NCBI RefSeq assembly: GCF_963921235.1
Contig: NC_086097.1
Span: forward strand, 42,720,001-42,784,000
DNA length: 64,000 bases
Source of the DNA: Mobula hypostoma
Taxonomy: Eukaryota
Reading direction: 5' to 3'
Shown here piece after piece: positions 63,134-64,000 of the stretch. Numbering within the stretch: the stretch's first letter is position 1; each line of letters starts with the position of its first letter. Position numbers and translations under genes: made by a program. The notes beneath the pieces were generated by a model. The model made no database searches and was not told where the DNA came from. It saw only the letters and a program-made list of their open reading frames with translations.

Positions 63134-64000
63134 CACCTCTTCCTAGAGATGCTGCCTGGCCTGCTGCGTTCACCAGCAATTTCAATGAATAATCCTACAT
63201 TGCATCAATATGACTTTTATTCCCACCTCCTTTAAAGCTGACTGCTATTTTTGCAATCAGATTGATTTAAACGTTATAGTAAAAATTACATCATTTGTCA
63301 TTAGTATTTTTTTTAATTACATAGCCTCATACTCCCGTTAGATAAGGCAACAAGATGGTTGCTTAGAAACAATTCTAGATAGTAACTGGATATACATCAT
63401 ATCAATTATGTAATTCAATCAGCCATATCTTATTCTAGTCTTATAAAGGTACTCCTGCTATTTAGGTGTTATGATCATAATACCATCGTGTCACCAGCCT
63501 TGAGGAAGCAAGGTCTCTAGATATCTTAAGAATCTGTAACCTGATCACACAACCTCAGGCATAACTCTTATTTCACTCACTTGCCTAAGGCAGCACCAAT
63601 CCTCTGAAAAATCTGTACTTCAAAATATCCAATTTGTAGAAATATTTAGTAAAAAATGAAATAAAACAGTAGAATGAATATTTATTAGCCTGAAGCAAAA
63701 TAATTGCATGAGATTCTTGTCCGAGTGACAAGATTTTCAGAAAAAAAATTCCACTCTCTCCGCCTGTGCCAAGTGAATCAAGGTAGCATCAAGGTTTAAG
63801 CACTCTGCAAAGGTCCAGCTGCGACATTTTATCACTGTTGCTCTCTGTTCCCAAGTTCCTCATTGGAGCAAATATCTGTCACATTTTCCCTTTTGAATTT
63901 TTTTGCCGGATGTTAAGAAACTGAATGTGTGTACATGATCGTTTCCCTTTAAAAAAAAATCCTCCCTTTGAGTTTCCATCATATTACTGATTCAGGTGTC

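Larger units (their letters stand above)
54653..64000 (+). repeat. Segmental duplication, copy 2 (runs off the window end)
   Basis: Matches 24808-34155 at constant offset 29845. Confidence 0.97.

Overview
Repeat-dominated vertebrate DNA. The repeat families (CR1, Rex1/Babar, Penelope/hammerhead repeats, tRNA-like SINEs) are those I associate with cartilaginous fish, probably a ray; this assignment is inference. I recognise no intact host protein-coding gene. The recognisable ORFs are transposon remnants (CR1, Rex1, RTE, Penelope GIY-YIG, Gypsy integrase, hAT, Tigger, Tc1) or read-through of a satellite, plus a few weak candidate exons. Large-scale structure: (1) a 167-bp satellite array of about 30.6 monomers (44377-49483) with distinct monomer classes and block duplications, running into a 200-N scaffold gap; (2) an apparently identical direct duplication of at least 9.35 kb (24808-34155 = 54653-64000, constant offset 29845); (3) a nested TE stack at 2910-5050, where a solo LTR holds a fold-back element built from Gypsy integrase sequence and a hAT element carrying Gypsy LTR pieces; (4) Penelope-derived inverted insertions with long TSDs, one carrying two core-intact minimal hammerhead ribozymes on opposite strands; (5) an old duplicated non-coding segment (about 1935-2905 vs 7440-8340) with a near-invariant 34-bp core. 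Boundaries without a stated TSD are approximate.
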